From positions 1 to 33,930 of the IMG/VR virus record IMGVR_UViG_3300025534_000198: a stretch of DNA of 33,930 nt. One strand, 5' to 3'. The translations under genes were made by a program, and so were the position numbers. Below are positions 25,449 through 33,888 of the stretch, piece after piece. Source of the DNA: a virus. Taxonomy: Duplodnaviria; Caudoviricetes. Under the pieces are notes generated by a model. The model made no database searches, was not told where the DNA came from, and saw nothing but the letters and a program-made list of their open reading frames with translations. Every line of letters begins with the position of its first letter. Position 1 is the first letter of the stretch.

Positions 25449-28370
25449 GTGTACGTGGATGCGTTCCATGACCGCGAGACCGACACCATCCGTGTTGTCG
25501 AGCGGGTCAATGGGCAGCGGTTGTACAACGACCTGCCCGCCGAATACGTGTTCTACCACGAGCACCCCGCCGGGCGGCACCGCTCGATCTACGGCCATAG
25601 CCTGCGCAAGGAGGTATTCACCGACGGCCGCAAGTTCCGGACCGCCCTTGCCAAGAAGCGGGACGGTGGCGCGCGCATCTTCGAATCCGACATCAACCCG
25701 GTGTTCCGTGCGCTCCACAAGCACTACTCCGGTGCCGACGCTCCCAAGCTGAATCTCGGCTTCTTCGACATCGAGGTCGATTTCGACCCGAAGAAGGGTT
25801 TCGCGCCCACCACCGATCCGTTCAACGCCGTCACCGCGATCTCGCTGCACCTGTCGCAGACCGGCAAGCTGCACACCCTCGTGCTGTGTCCGCCCACTTA
25901 TACGGTGGCAGAGGCACAGAAGATCGTCGCCACCTTCGACGACACCGAGCTATTCGAGCACGAGGCTGACCTGCTCGACCGGTTCCTGACACTGATCGAG
26001 GACACCGATGTCCTGAGCGGCTGGAACAGCGAGGGCTTCGATATTCCTTACATGGTCAACCGGGTGAAGCGCATCCTCGGTGAGGACGCGGCCCGGCGCT
26101 TCTGCCTGTGGGATCAGGCACCGCGCGAGCGCGAGTACGTCAAGTTCATGCGCACCTTCAAGACCTACGAACTCGTGGGCCGGGTGCATCTCGACTACCT
26201 GCTCCTCTACCAGAAGCACAATCCGCAGCAGCAGCACTCCTATCGCCTCGACTATATCGGCGAGATCGAGGTTGGCGAGAACAAGACCCCCTACGAGGGC
26301 ACGCTCGACGATCTCTACAAGAAGGATTTCCCCAAGTTCATCGCCTATAACCGGCAGGATACCGCCCTGCTGGTGAAGATCGACGCCAAGCGCAAGTTCA
26401 TCGAACTTGCGAACCAGATCGCGCACGCCAACACGGTCATCCTCAAGACCACCATGGGCAGCGTCGCGCTGGTCGAGCAGGCCATCATCAATGAAATGTG
26501 GGCGATGGGCTATCAGGTGCCGGACCGGAAGCCCCGCCCCGAGGATGGCAAGAACGATTTCGCCGATCTGGACGAGGACGAGGAAGGCCGCACCCCGGTG
26601 GTCGGCGCCTATGTGGCGAAGCCGAAGGTCGGCCTGCACGAGCAGGTAGGATCGGTGGACCTCAACTCGCTGTATCCCTCCACGATCCGCGCGCTGAACA
26701 TGAGCCCGGAGACCGTCTACGGCCATATCCGACCGGTGGCGACGATGGAGCTTGTCCAGAAGCGCATCGCCGAGGGCACGCCGCGAGCCGAAGCGTGGGA
26801 GGGCCTGTTCAGCACCATCGAGGTCGAGCGGATGCACGCGGGCGACCCCGATTTCATGCTGACCCTCGACATCGAGGATCATCTCAAGGGCACCACCAAG
26901 GAAGTCACGATGTCCGCAAAGCAGTTGCGCGACTTCGTGTTTGACCCGCGCAACCACGTCTGCATCACCGCCAACGGCACGCTGTTCAGGACGGACAAGG
27001 ACGGCATCATCCCGATGCTGCTGGCGAAGTGGTATGCCGACCGTAAGGCCATGCAGAAGAAGCAGCGGGATTACGAGGCCAAGGCGAAGGACGCCACAAC
27101 CGAGGAGGAGAAAAAGGACGCCCTCTACTGGGCCGGGTTCTGGAACCAGAGGCAGCAGGCAAGGAAAATCCTTCTAAATTCCCTCTATGGTGCGTTGCTC
27201 AACGCCGCGCTCCGCTTCCACGACGAGCGTCTCGGTCAGTCCACGACCCTGACCGGCCGCAGCATCGTTCGGCACATGTCGGCAAAGATCAACGAGATCA
27301 TCACCGGCATCTACGACCCGGTTGGCGATGCGGTGAATTACGGGGACACGGACTCATGCTATTTCAGTGCCGCAACATACTTGAAGGCGCTTGAAGCAGG
27401 CACCGCTGCGATGCCCGAAAACGGGGAGCCGCCATTCAGCGCCGATGAACTTCGGATCCTCTTGGGGACGCGCGAGGACACCATCGCCTTCTACGACGCG
27501 GTGGCGGATGCGGCGAATGCGAGCTTCCCCGAGTTCATGGACCGCAATTTCCACACCGGCTTGGAGCGTGGCGCCATCATCAAGGCGGGCCGCGAGATCG
27601 TGGCTTCGCGTGCCCTGTTCGTGAAAAAGAAGAAGTACGCGGCGCTCTGCTATGACACCGACGGCACCCGCCACGATGTGGATGGCAAGCCCGGCAAGCT
27701 CAAGGCGATGGGTCTCGACCTCAAGCGCGCCGACACCCCGAAGTTCATGCAGAAGTTCCTTGAGAAGATGCTCATGGACCTGCTCAAGGGTGTCGAGAAG
27801 GAGGTCATCTACAAGGACATAAAGGAATTCCGCAACGCCTTCACCAGCCGTCCGGGCTGGGAGAAGGGCTCGCCCAAGAAGGTCTCCGACCTGACCGGCT
27901 ATGCCGAGAAGGCGGAGCGCGCCAATGCCATCGGCCTGACCGACCGGCTTCGCCCCGGCCAGAAGCTCAAGGTCAACATGCCCGGCCATGTCCGGGCATC
28001 CCTCAACTGGAACCTGCTTTGTGACATGCATGATGACCGCTACGCCATGCGGATCACCGATGGCACGCGCATCATCGTCTGCAAGCTCAAGCCGAATGCC
28101 TACAAGATGGACAGCGTGGCCTACCCCATCGACGAGCCGCATCTGCCTGAATGGTTCAAGGCCCTCCCCTTCGATGATGATGCGATGGAGGAGACCATCG
28201 TGGACATGAAGATCATGAACCTCGTTGGCGTGCTCGAATGGGACCTGACGGACACCAAGGAGCGCCCCGGCGACGAGTTCTTCATCTTCGGGGAACCGGA
28301 GAAGCCCAAGGACCCGCGCATGGACCACAATGGCGGCCCGGCTTGGGATGAGGATGAGGACGACGACTGA
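25449..28370 (+). CDS. Family B DNA polymerase (T4 gp43-like)
   Basis: ExoI FFDIEVD, ExoII GWNSEGFDIPY, ExoIII YNRQD; polymerase motifs DLNSLYPS, KILLNSLYG, YGDTDS and KKKYA. GTG start 8 nt after AGGAG; no intein seen. Confidence 0.97.
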   Translation: MYVDAFHDRETDTIRVVERVNGQRLYNDLPAEYVFYHEHPAGRHRSIYGHSLRKEVFTDGRKFRTALAKKRDGGARIFESDINPVFRALHKHYSGADAPKLNLGFFDIEVDFDPKKGFAPTTDPFNAVTAISLHLSQTGKLHTLVLCPPTYTVAEAQKIVATFDDTELFEHEADLLDRFLTLIEDTDVLSGWNSEGFDIPYMVNRVKRILGEDAARRFCLWDQAPREREYVKFMRTFKTYELVGRVHLDYLLLYQKHNPQQQHSYRLDYIGEIEVGENKTPYEGTLDDLYKKDFPKFIAYNRQDTALLVKIDAKRKFIELANQIAHANTVILKTTMGSVALVEQAIINEMWAMGYQVPDRKPRPEDGKNDFADLDEDEEGRTPVVGAYVAKPKVGLHEQVGSVDLNSLYPSTIRALNMSPETVYGHIRPVATMELVQKRIAEGTPRAEAWEGLFSTIEVERMHAGDPDFMLTLDIEDHLKGTTKEVTMSAKQLRDFVFDPRNHVCITANGTLFRTDKDGIIPMLLAKWYADRKAMQKKQRDYEAKAKDATTEEEKKDALYWAGFWNQRQQARKILLNSLYGALLNAALRFHDERLGQSTTLTGRSIVRHMSAKINEIITGIYDPVGDAVNYGDTDSCYFSAATYLKALEAGTAAMPENGEPPFSADELRILLGTREDTIAFYDAVADAANASFPEFMDRNFHTGLERGAIIKAGREIVASRALFVKKKKYAALCYDTDGTRHDVDGKPGKLKAMGLDLKRADTPKFMQKFLEKMLMDLLKGVEKEVIYKDIKEFRNAFTSRPGWEKGSPKKVSDLTGYAEKAERANAIGLTDRLRPGQKLKVNMPGHVRASLNWNLLCDMHDDRYAMRITDGTRIIVCKLKPNAYKMDSVAYPIDEPHLPEWFKALPFDDDAMEETIVDMKIMNLVGVLEWDLTDTKERPGDEFFIFGEPEKPKDPRMDHNGGPAWDEDEDDD

Positions 28371-28519
28371 TGATCGCACAGCGCCATCATCGGTGTCACC
28401 AGCCGGGGCGTGGTCGTCTACGACGAGGAGGAGGTGCTGCACTGCCTGATGGCGCATGGCACGGCCGGATGACGCCTATCTACGTCCGTACCGTCCAGTC
28501 CATCACCGAACTAGGCTAA
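28370..28519 (+). pseudogene. Deleted remnant of a small conserved phage gene
   Basis: Two out-of-frame fragments, AIIGVTSRGVVVYDEEEVLHCLMAHG and HGRMTPIYVRTVQSITELG*, resemble the two ends of a common phage family (AIIG...VVYD...LM...TPIY) with the middle missing. Family recalled from memory. Confidence 0.55.
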
Positions 28520-28607
28520 AATAGGGTTTTCGTCCACCGCGTTTTGTGGTAGAACCATGCCCATCCCAGACTGATTTTCAGAAGTCCATTTTGGAGCCGA
28601 TTTAAGA

Positions 28608-29339
28608 ATGCGTGACATCCTGAGCGATGTGGTCAAGCAGACCGCATCTCTGTTTGAAGTCGTGAAGGTGGTTGGCACTGATGACGCCACCAAACTGTCG
28701 GCCGTCGATGCGAGCAAGACCCTGTTCTTGCAGGCTGCTCTCAGGCAGCCGATCCCGGAATTTGCGGGCGAGTGGGGCCTCAGCAACCTACCCCTGCTCA
28801 ATGGTCTGCTGAATTTCGCCTCCTACAAGACCGACGACGCCACCTTCCGGGTGAAGCGCGGCGCCCGAAACGGCGTGGAGTTCGTCGAACAGTTCGAATT
28901 CCGCGATGCCAAGGGCAAGGGCGCCGATTTCCGCGCCATGAGCGCCGCGCTGGTGGGGGAGCAGGCGGTCATCGCCAATATCCCGTGGGATGTGTCGGTG
29001 ACGCCCTCCAAGGCGAAGGTCGCGGAGTTCTCGCAGCTTGCCAGCATCTTCGGCGAGGTCAGCAAGGGCTACTTCGGGGTGCAGACCGAGGACGGCGACC
29101 TTGTATTCAACATCGGTGACGACACTTCCTCGACGCATCGCGTGAGCCTCGTGTTCGAGAGCGACGTTCAGGGCGCGCTCAAGGGCGACCTGATCTTCTC
29201 GATTAACCAGTTCCTCTCGGTGCTCAAGCTGGCGGGTACCAACAAGACCACCGTGAACATCACCTCGCGGGGCGTGCTGGGGGTGGTCGTTGAGACCGAC
29301 CACGCTACCTACAGCTACTATATGCGGGCGAAACGTTAA
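28608..29339 (+). CDS. DNA polymerase sliding clamp (gp45-like)
   Basis: 243 aa, directly after the polymerase; clamp-like alternating beta/alpha pattern ending in GVL.V.VET..ATYSYY; GGAG RBS. Confidence 0.7.
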   Translation: MRDILSDVVKQTASLFEVVKVVGTDDATKLSAVDASKTLFLQAALRQPIPEFAGEWGLSNLPLLNGLLNFASYKTDDATFRVKRGARNGVEFVEQFEFRDAKGKGADFRAMSAALVGEQAVIANIPWDVSVTPSKAKVAEFSQLASIFGEVSKGYFGVQTEDGDLVFNIGDDTSSTHRVSLVFESDVQGALKGDLIFSINQFLSVLKLAGTNKTTVNITSRGVLGVVVETDHATYSYYMRAKR

Positions 29340-29353
29340 GACGGCACAAGGCG

Positions 29354-29392
29354 CGTCGCCGGGGAGAGGGTTTCTTCCATCCCCGGCGGCGG
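29354..29392 (+). terminator. GC-rich hairpin after the clamp gene
   Basis: CGTCGCCGGGGA ... TCCCCGGCGGCG inverted repeat. Confidence 0.5.
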
Positions 29393-29426
29393 ACGCATCC
29401 GAGGACCATTTCGAGAAAGCGATACC

Positions 29427-29819
29427 ATGGCTGCCTATCTGGGTTGGCTGCTGCCCGAGGACGAGCGGGCGCGGCTGCTGGACCTGATCCCACCCGCCTA
29501 TCCCGACGTGATCGCGCATCACGTCACGCTCAAGTACGGCGTGAAGCCGGACGCGCCCTTGCCGACCGAGACGATGGGCGAGGTCGTCGGCGTCGCGGAC
29601 GACGGCGAGGGCGTACAGGCCGTGGTGGTCCGCATCGGTGGCACAACGCAGCGCCCGGACGGCAACACCTACCACATCACGTGGTCCATCGACCGCGCGG
29701 CAGGCCGCAAGCCCGTCCAGTCGAACGATGTGATCCGGGAACACGGCTGGAAGCCCCTGCCCGACTTCGTGGCCGTGCGCCTCGAACCCAAGCTGTTTGG
29801 GGCTGGCCGCCATGGTTGA
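29427..29819 (+). CDS. 2H phosphoesterase (cyclic phosphodiesterase-like)
   Basis: Two HxT motifs, HHVTL and YHITW, in a 130 aa protein. Confidence 0.75.
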   Translation: MAAYLGWLLPEDERARLLDLIPPAYPDVIAHHVTLKYGVKPDAPLPTETMGEVVGVADDGEGVQAVVVRIGGTTQRPDGNTYHITWSIDRAAGRKPVQSNDVIREHGWKPLPDFVAVRLEPKLFGAGRHG

Positions 29820-30423
29820 CCCCGAGGACATCACCAAGTTCGACCGCACCCTCGCGGAACTTGAGGAATTCTGGTTGTTCTCGCTTGTCGTGGCGGGGAA
29901 GGTCGCCCGCACGCAGGCCCGCCTCCTCGATAAGTTCCTCACCTCGCTGCCCAAGGGCGGGACCCCGTTCAAGCGCATCGCGGCGGCGGTGAAGGCCGGG
30001 ACTTTCGAGGACAGGCTGCGGGAGAGCCACCTCGGCCAGTACGGGCGCCTGTCGCGGGCATTCCGCGAGAGCTTGCGGCTGGACATGTGGACCTGCTCCG
30101 TGAAGGACCTTGAGGGCATCCATGGCTGCGGACCAAAGACGGCGCGCCTGTTCCTCATGCACAGCCGACCGGACCAGCGGCTCGCGGCCATCGACACGCA
30201 TATTCTCAAGCTGTTTGGCGAGCACCGCGACCGGTTCCTTGCCTTCATGCGGGACCGGGGCCTACGCCTCAAGGAGGTGCCCAAGGCCACGCCCGGCTCT
30301 GGTCCGACCTATGACGGATGTGAAGCCTTCTTCCTGATGCTGGCCGACGAGGCAGGCATGAGTCCGGCTGATTTCGACCTCTCGACATGGAAGCGGTTCA
30401 GTGCCCGAAAGGCTGCCGTATGA
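29812..30423 (+). CDS. HhH-superfamily DNA glycosylase/AP lyase (Ogg-like)
   Basis: HhH motif LEGIHGCGPKTA with catalytic-position Lys, then AAIDTHILK (catalytic Asp), and C-terminal FDL..W. Confidence 0.8.
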   Translation: MVDPEDITKFDRTLAELEEFWLFSLVVAGKVARTQARLLDKFLTSLPKGGTPFKRIAAAVKAGTFEDRLRESHLGQYGRLSRAFRESLRLDMWTCSVKDLEGIHGCGPKTARLFLMHSRPDQRLAAIDTHILKLFGEHRDRFLAFMRDRGLRLKEVPKATPGSGPTYDGCEAFFLMLADEAGMSPADFDLSTWKRFSARKAAV

Positions 30424-30818
30424 GCATTCGTGCGGATTTGGCACACCAGAGTTCGTTCAAGGACATGGCCTCGGTGCTGCTACCTCACCTTCACGCGCGG
30501 TACGGGGCCACGGAGGTGCAAATCGCTATGCTCAACTACACCAACGATCTCGCCGCCAACCCTACTGCCCCCACGAATGGCATTCTGCGGGGGCTAAAGG
30601 GACGCCCCGGATGGTGGGTGGACCTGTCGGTCACCGCTCCGTATCTCCGTGCCGATGCGGACCTTATAAAGCACGATCTGACCGCCGCCGGTCTTATAGT
30701 CTGGTACACCACTATTTGGTGTATGGAATACGGCGATTTCTGGTGTGCCCTCGCGGAGGAGGACTTCACGCAGCTTGCCGTCATGCGGCGGCTCACTAAT
30801 GCGGACAGCCCGGCATAA
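30420..30818 (+). CDS. Hypothetical protein (132 aa)
   Basis: ATGA overlap with the glycosylase stop; somewhat lower GC. Confidence 0.65.
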   Translation: MSIRADLAHQSSFKDMASVLLPHLHARYGATEVQIAMLNYTNDLAANPTAPTNGILRGLKGRPGWWVDLSVTAPYLRADADLIKHDLTAAGLIVWYTTIWCMEYGDFWCALAEEDFTQLAVMRRLTNADSPA

Positions 30819-30821
30819 ATA
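30815..30821 (+). promoter_or_regulatory. T4-like late promoter ATAAATA
   Basis: Overlaps the upstream TAA; 30 nt before ATG 30852; same GGCATAAATA context as 6506-6515. Confidence 0.65.
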
Positions 30822-30851
30822 CGGACCGACCGGTTCAGCGAGCGACGACAT

Positions 30852-31652
30852 ATGCCCAAGAAGCGCCTTATCCCCTTCCGCCTTCTCCCCGGCTCGTGGG
30901 GGCTGGCGGGCCGCACCTATGCCGAGGCGGAAGCGGAGTACTACCTCGAAGGGGAGGAACTCGAACGGCGTCTGGCAGAGATCAGGCATTCCGACGAGCC
31001 CACCAGACTGGCCGAGAAGCTGCTGGCCCTTGATCTGAAATATGGTCACATCGACCAGTACACCTATGACCTGAAAATGTTCGAATTGTCCGGCGAAACC
31101 AGTGCGACGGCGCGGGCTGCCATCGAACTGAGGCACGGCCGGATCGACCAATATACCTATGACCGCCTCGCCGCCGTCGAGAACTGCGGCGACGAGGAGG
31201 CGTGCGAGGTCGTCCTGCTAGCCGTTGATCTCAAGCACGGCCGTATCGACCGATACGCCTATGACCGGGCTCTGGCCAAACGCGGCACCGCGCCCGACAG
31301 CGTGGAGCGCGAACTGGCTTTGCTCGATGTCGATCTCGCGCATGGCAAGATCAGCAAGGCCGAATACGAAAAGGCGCGCGCCACCCTGAACGAGGAACCA
31401 TGGGTCGGCATCATCGATAGCGGCTTCGATCTCGATCAGGGTATCAACGGCCTCTACTTCGAATTCGACTGGAACGAGTACTGGATCGAGTATCTCCGGC
31501 TACATGGCTATACCGGCGATACCGATCAGCAGATCGTCGAAGCTTGGTTCGCGGATGTCTCCCGCTCGCAAACAGATCAGGTTGCCTCCGTGCCCCTGAC
31601 ACCAAGCCGCAGCGTCCACATCGTTCGGGACAACGGCACCTTCTACTCATAA
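30852..31652 (+). CDS. Conserved-type phage protein with four internal helical repeats
   Basis: Repeats LDLKYGHIDQYTYD, IELRHGRIDQYTYD, VDLKHGRIDRYAYD and VDLAHGKISKAEYE; C-terminal EPWV...FEFDWNEYWIEYL..GY.G domain. Confidence 0.8.
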   Translation: MPKKRLIPFRLLPGSWGLAGRTYAEAEAEYYLEGEELERRLAEIRHSDEPTRLAEKLLALDLKYGHIDQYTYDLKMFELSGETSATARAAIELRHGRIDQYTYDRLAAVENCGDEEACEVVLLAVDLKHGRIDRYAYDRALAKRGTAPDSVERELALLDVDLAHGKISKAEYEKARATLNEEPWVGIIDSGFDLDQGINGLYFEFDWNEYWIEYLRLHGYTGDTDQQIVEAWFADVSRSQTDQVASVPLTPSRSVHIVRDNGTFYS

Positions 31653-31680
31653 ATCCAGTGCTCCAACGGCCTTTTTCGGT

Positions 31681-31708
31681 TTGACGGCCGCACGGGCTGT
31701 GCTAAGCT
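31681..31708 (+). promoter_or_regulatory. Sigma70-type promoter
   Basis: TTGACG-N16-TAAGCT with a TG at the extended -10 position. Confidence 0.55.
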
Positions 31709-31742
31709 ATGCCCATACTTGAAGCCATTTTGGAAGAACGCT

Positions 31743-32177
31743 ATGCGTCGGCTCGACACTTTCCTGTTGGATCGCGTGGCACAACCCATCGCGGACCGTC
31801 TCGTCTCCCCCTATAACGCCGCCTATGTCCTGCTGCTTGGTGCCGCCGTAATCGATATCACGTATGCGGCCGTGCTGACGCTGGACGTGGGCATCAGCAT
31901 CATGCTGACTATCGGAACTCTCTGTAACCTGTGTCTCCTCCGGTCCCAGTTGCGGATCGCCCGGCGCCTTGAGTCCATCAAGCGTCCTATCCGCAATCCC
32001 GTGCGCGCCCGGCATGGCGGCCTCCGGCTGCTCCTGCTAATCTTCTTGGCGTTGTGGTGCAGCAGTCTGCTGCTGGACGCCATCTTGCCGACCACGGGAG
32101 CCCTCATGGTCGTTCCGCTGATCGTACTCTGGTCCTCCGGCCTTTATCTCCTGTCGTGCGGGCGGCGCACAGCATGA
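31743..32177 (+). CDS. Membrane protein, about 4 TM helices
   Basis: Four hydrophobic stretches with an Arg-rich loop between TM2 and TM3. Confidence 0.7.
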   Translation: MRRLDTFLLDRVAQPIADRLVSPYNAAYVLLLGAAVIDITYAAVLTLDVGISIMLTIGTLCNLCLLRSQLRIARRLESIKRPIRNPVRARHGGLRLLLLIFLALWCSSLLLDAILPTTGALMVVPLIVLWSSGLYLLSCGRRTA

Positions 32178-32509
32178 TCGAGATCATCCGCTGCCTGCAC
32201 CTCAATGGCATCTTCTACAACATTTTCTGGGAGGAGTCCCGGAGGAACATCCCCTACCGGCTGTTCGTTCGGCTGGACGATGCGGCAGCACAGAAGCAAT
32301 TCGCCACGGCCTGCGAAAACCTCGGATTGGTCCACCGGGTCGAGACGCTGTCACTCGGTGGCGTGACAGGCCCCTTTCTGGTCCTGCTCAAATCGGCAGA
32401 AGGACTCCTGCCCCTGCTCCTGTCGGGCGGCATCCGCTGCATCGACGAATTCCTGCCATCACAGACCGCCCCGTCCATGCTGCTCGAATTCCTTGGGCAA
32501 CAGCGGTGA
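32174..32509 (+). CDS. Hypothetical protein (111 aa)
   Basis: ATGA overlap with the membrane protein gene; starts MIEIIRCLHL. Confidence 0.65.
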   Translation: MIEIIRCLHLNGIFYNIFWEESRRNIPYRLFVRLDDAAAQKQFATACENLGLVHRVETLSLGGVTGPFLVLLKSAEGLLPLLLSGGIRCIDEFLPSQTAPSMLLEFLGQQR

Positions 32510-32658
32510 GGTGTTGCGCCTCGCCGCACCGGCATGAGCCGGACCGCGATCCCCCACTTCGCCTTTCAAATGCTGCCGGATGATCTGACGCCCACCGCCC
32601 CGCCGAGGTTCTGCGACCAGCACGAGCGACCGCCTGCACATTTTCAGAAACGGATTCC

Positions 32659-33882
32659 ATGACCACCTACGCGATTGTCGATTTGAGCAATTTGTTCAGC
32701 CGAGCCCGCCACGTCACGCAAGGCGACGCCTTCATCAAGGCAGGCATGGCGTTGCTCATCACGTTCCGCTCGTTGCGCCGCCTCCACCGCGAGTTCAAGG
32801 TGGACCACATGGTGTTTGCCGTGGACAACGGCTCGTGGCGATACGCCGTGCATCCCGGCTACAAGTCCCGCCGCAAGCTGGAACGCAGCGCGGCGACGCC
32901 CGAGGAGAAGGAGGAGGCCGAGATTCTCTACCAGACCCTCGACAACCTCATCACCTACCTGACGGAAAAGACCCGCTGCACGGTCCTGAACACCAAGGGG
33001 ATCGAGGCCGACGACTTCGTCGCCCGCTGGGTGCAGTTGCACCCGGATGACGAGCACTGGATCGTCTCCGGCGACAGCGATTTCGTCCAGTTGCTTGCTC
33101 CCAACGTCCACATCTACGACGGATTGGAGGACCGCATCCTGCGCATCGACGGCGTGTTCGACCAGAAGGGCCAGCCGCTTGAGTTCTCCGTCCGGAAGGA
33201 GAACGGCAAGATCAAGGTCGGTCCGACCCTCGCCGAGGCCAAGAAGAAGCATGACGCGGCCCAGCGCGAGAAGGAGAAGGCACACAACGCCGCTGAGAAG
33301 CAGCGGGCGCAGGCCCATGCCGAAGCGGAGAAGGCCAAGCAGCAGGCTAACCCCGGCTACAAGCCGACGCGCTATGTTGCCACGCCCTATGAGTGGGTCG
33401 AATATTCCTTCGAGCCTGAGCCGGAATGGTGGCGGAAAGCCTTGTTCATCAAGATCATCCGTGGCGATGAGGGCGACAGCATCTTCTCGGCCTATCCGGG
33501 TGTCCGCTATGATGGGTCATCCAAGAAGGTCGGCATCAAGCAGGCGTGGGAGGACCGCCGCGAGCGCGGCTTCCACTGGAACAACTTCTTCCTCGCCGAA
33601 TGGGAGAAGCTGCTGCATGTGGACCCGGATGGCACCAAGCACACGAAGATGGTGCGGGTGATCGACGAGTTCCGCTTCAACGAGACCCTGATCGACCTGA
33701 CCAAGCAACCGGACGAGATCAAGGCCAAGATGGACGAGGCCATCGTGGAGGCGTGCAGCCGGGAAAAGGCAACCGGCGTCGGCATCCATTTCCTCCGGTT
33801 CTGCGAGCAGCACGATCTCCCCAGCCTTGCGCGCGAAGCGCATGACCACGCGGCGTATCTCAATGCGCCCTATTCGAGGTAA
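32659..33882 (+). CDS. rnh: T4 RNase H-like 5'-3' exonuclease (FEN family)
   Basis: IVDLSN, D..SWR...PGYK.RR, IEADD, IVSGDSDFVQL and RGDEGDSI acidic motifs; N..LIDL near the C-terminus. Confidence 0.9.
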   Translation: MTTYAIVDLSNLFSRARHVTQGDAFIKAGMALLITFRSLRRLHREFKVDHMVFAVDNGSWRYAVHPGYKSRRKLERSAATPEEKEEAEILYQTLDNLITYLTEKTRCTVLNTKGIEADDFVARWVQLHPDDEHWIVSGDSDFVQLLAPNVHIYDGLEDRILRIDGVFDQKGQPLEFSVRKENGKIKVGPTLAEAKKKHDAAQREKEKAHNAAEKQRAQAHAEAEKAKQQANPGYKPTRYVATPYEWVEYSFEPEPEWWRKALFIKIIRGDEGDSIFSAYPGVRYDGSSKKVGIKQAWEDRRERGFHWNNFFLAEWEKLLHVDPDGTKHTKMVRVIDEFRFNETLIDLTKQPDEIKAKMDEAIVEACSREKATGVGIHFLRFCEQHDLPSLAREAHDHAAYLNAPYSR

Positions 33883-33888
33883 CCCACC

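Noticed and set aside
25449-28370. Intein or intron in the DNA polymerase
   Set aside because: Continuous 973 aa ORF with all motifs in order and no intein splice or LAGLIDADG motifs.
32534-32662. 42 aa ORF ending in an ATGA overlap with rnh
   Set aside because: No clear RBS, Pro-rich with no motif, and it overlaps the rnh leader motif; cannot be supported.
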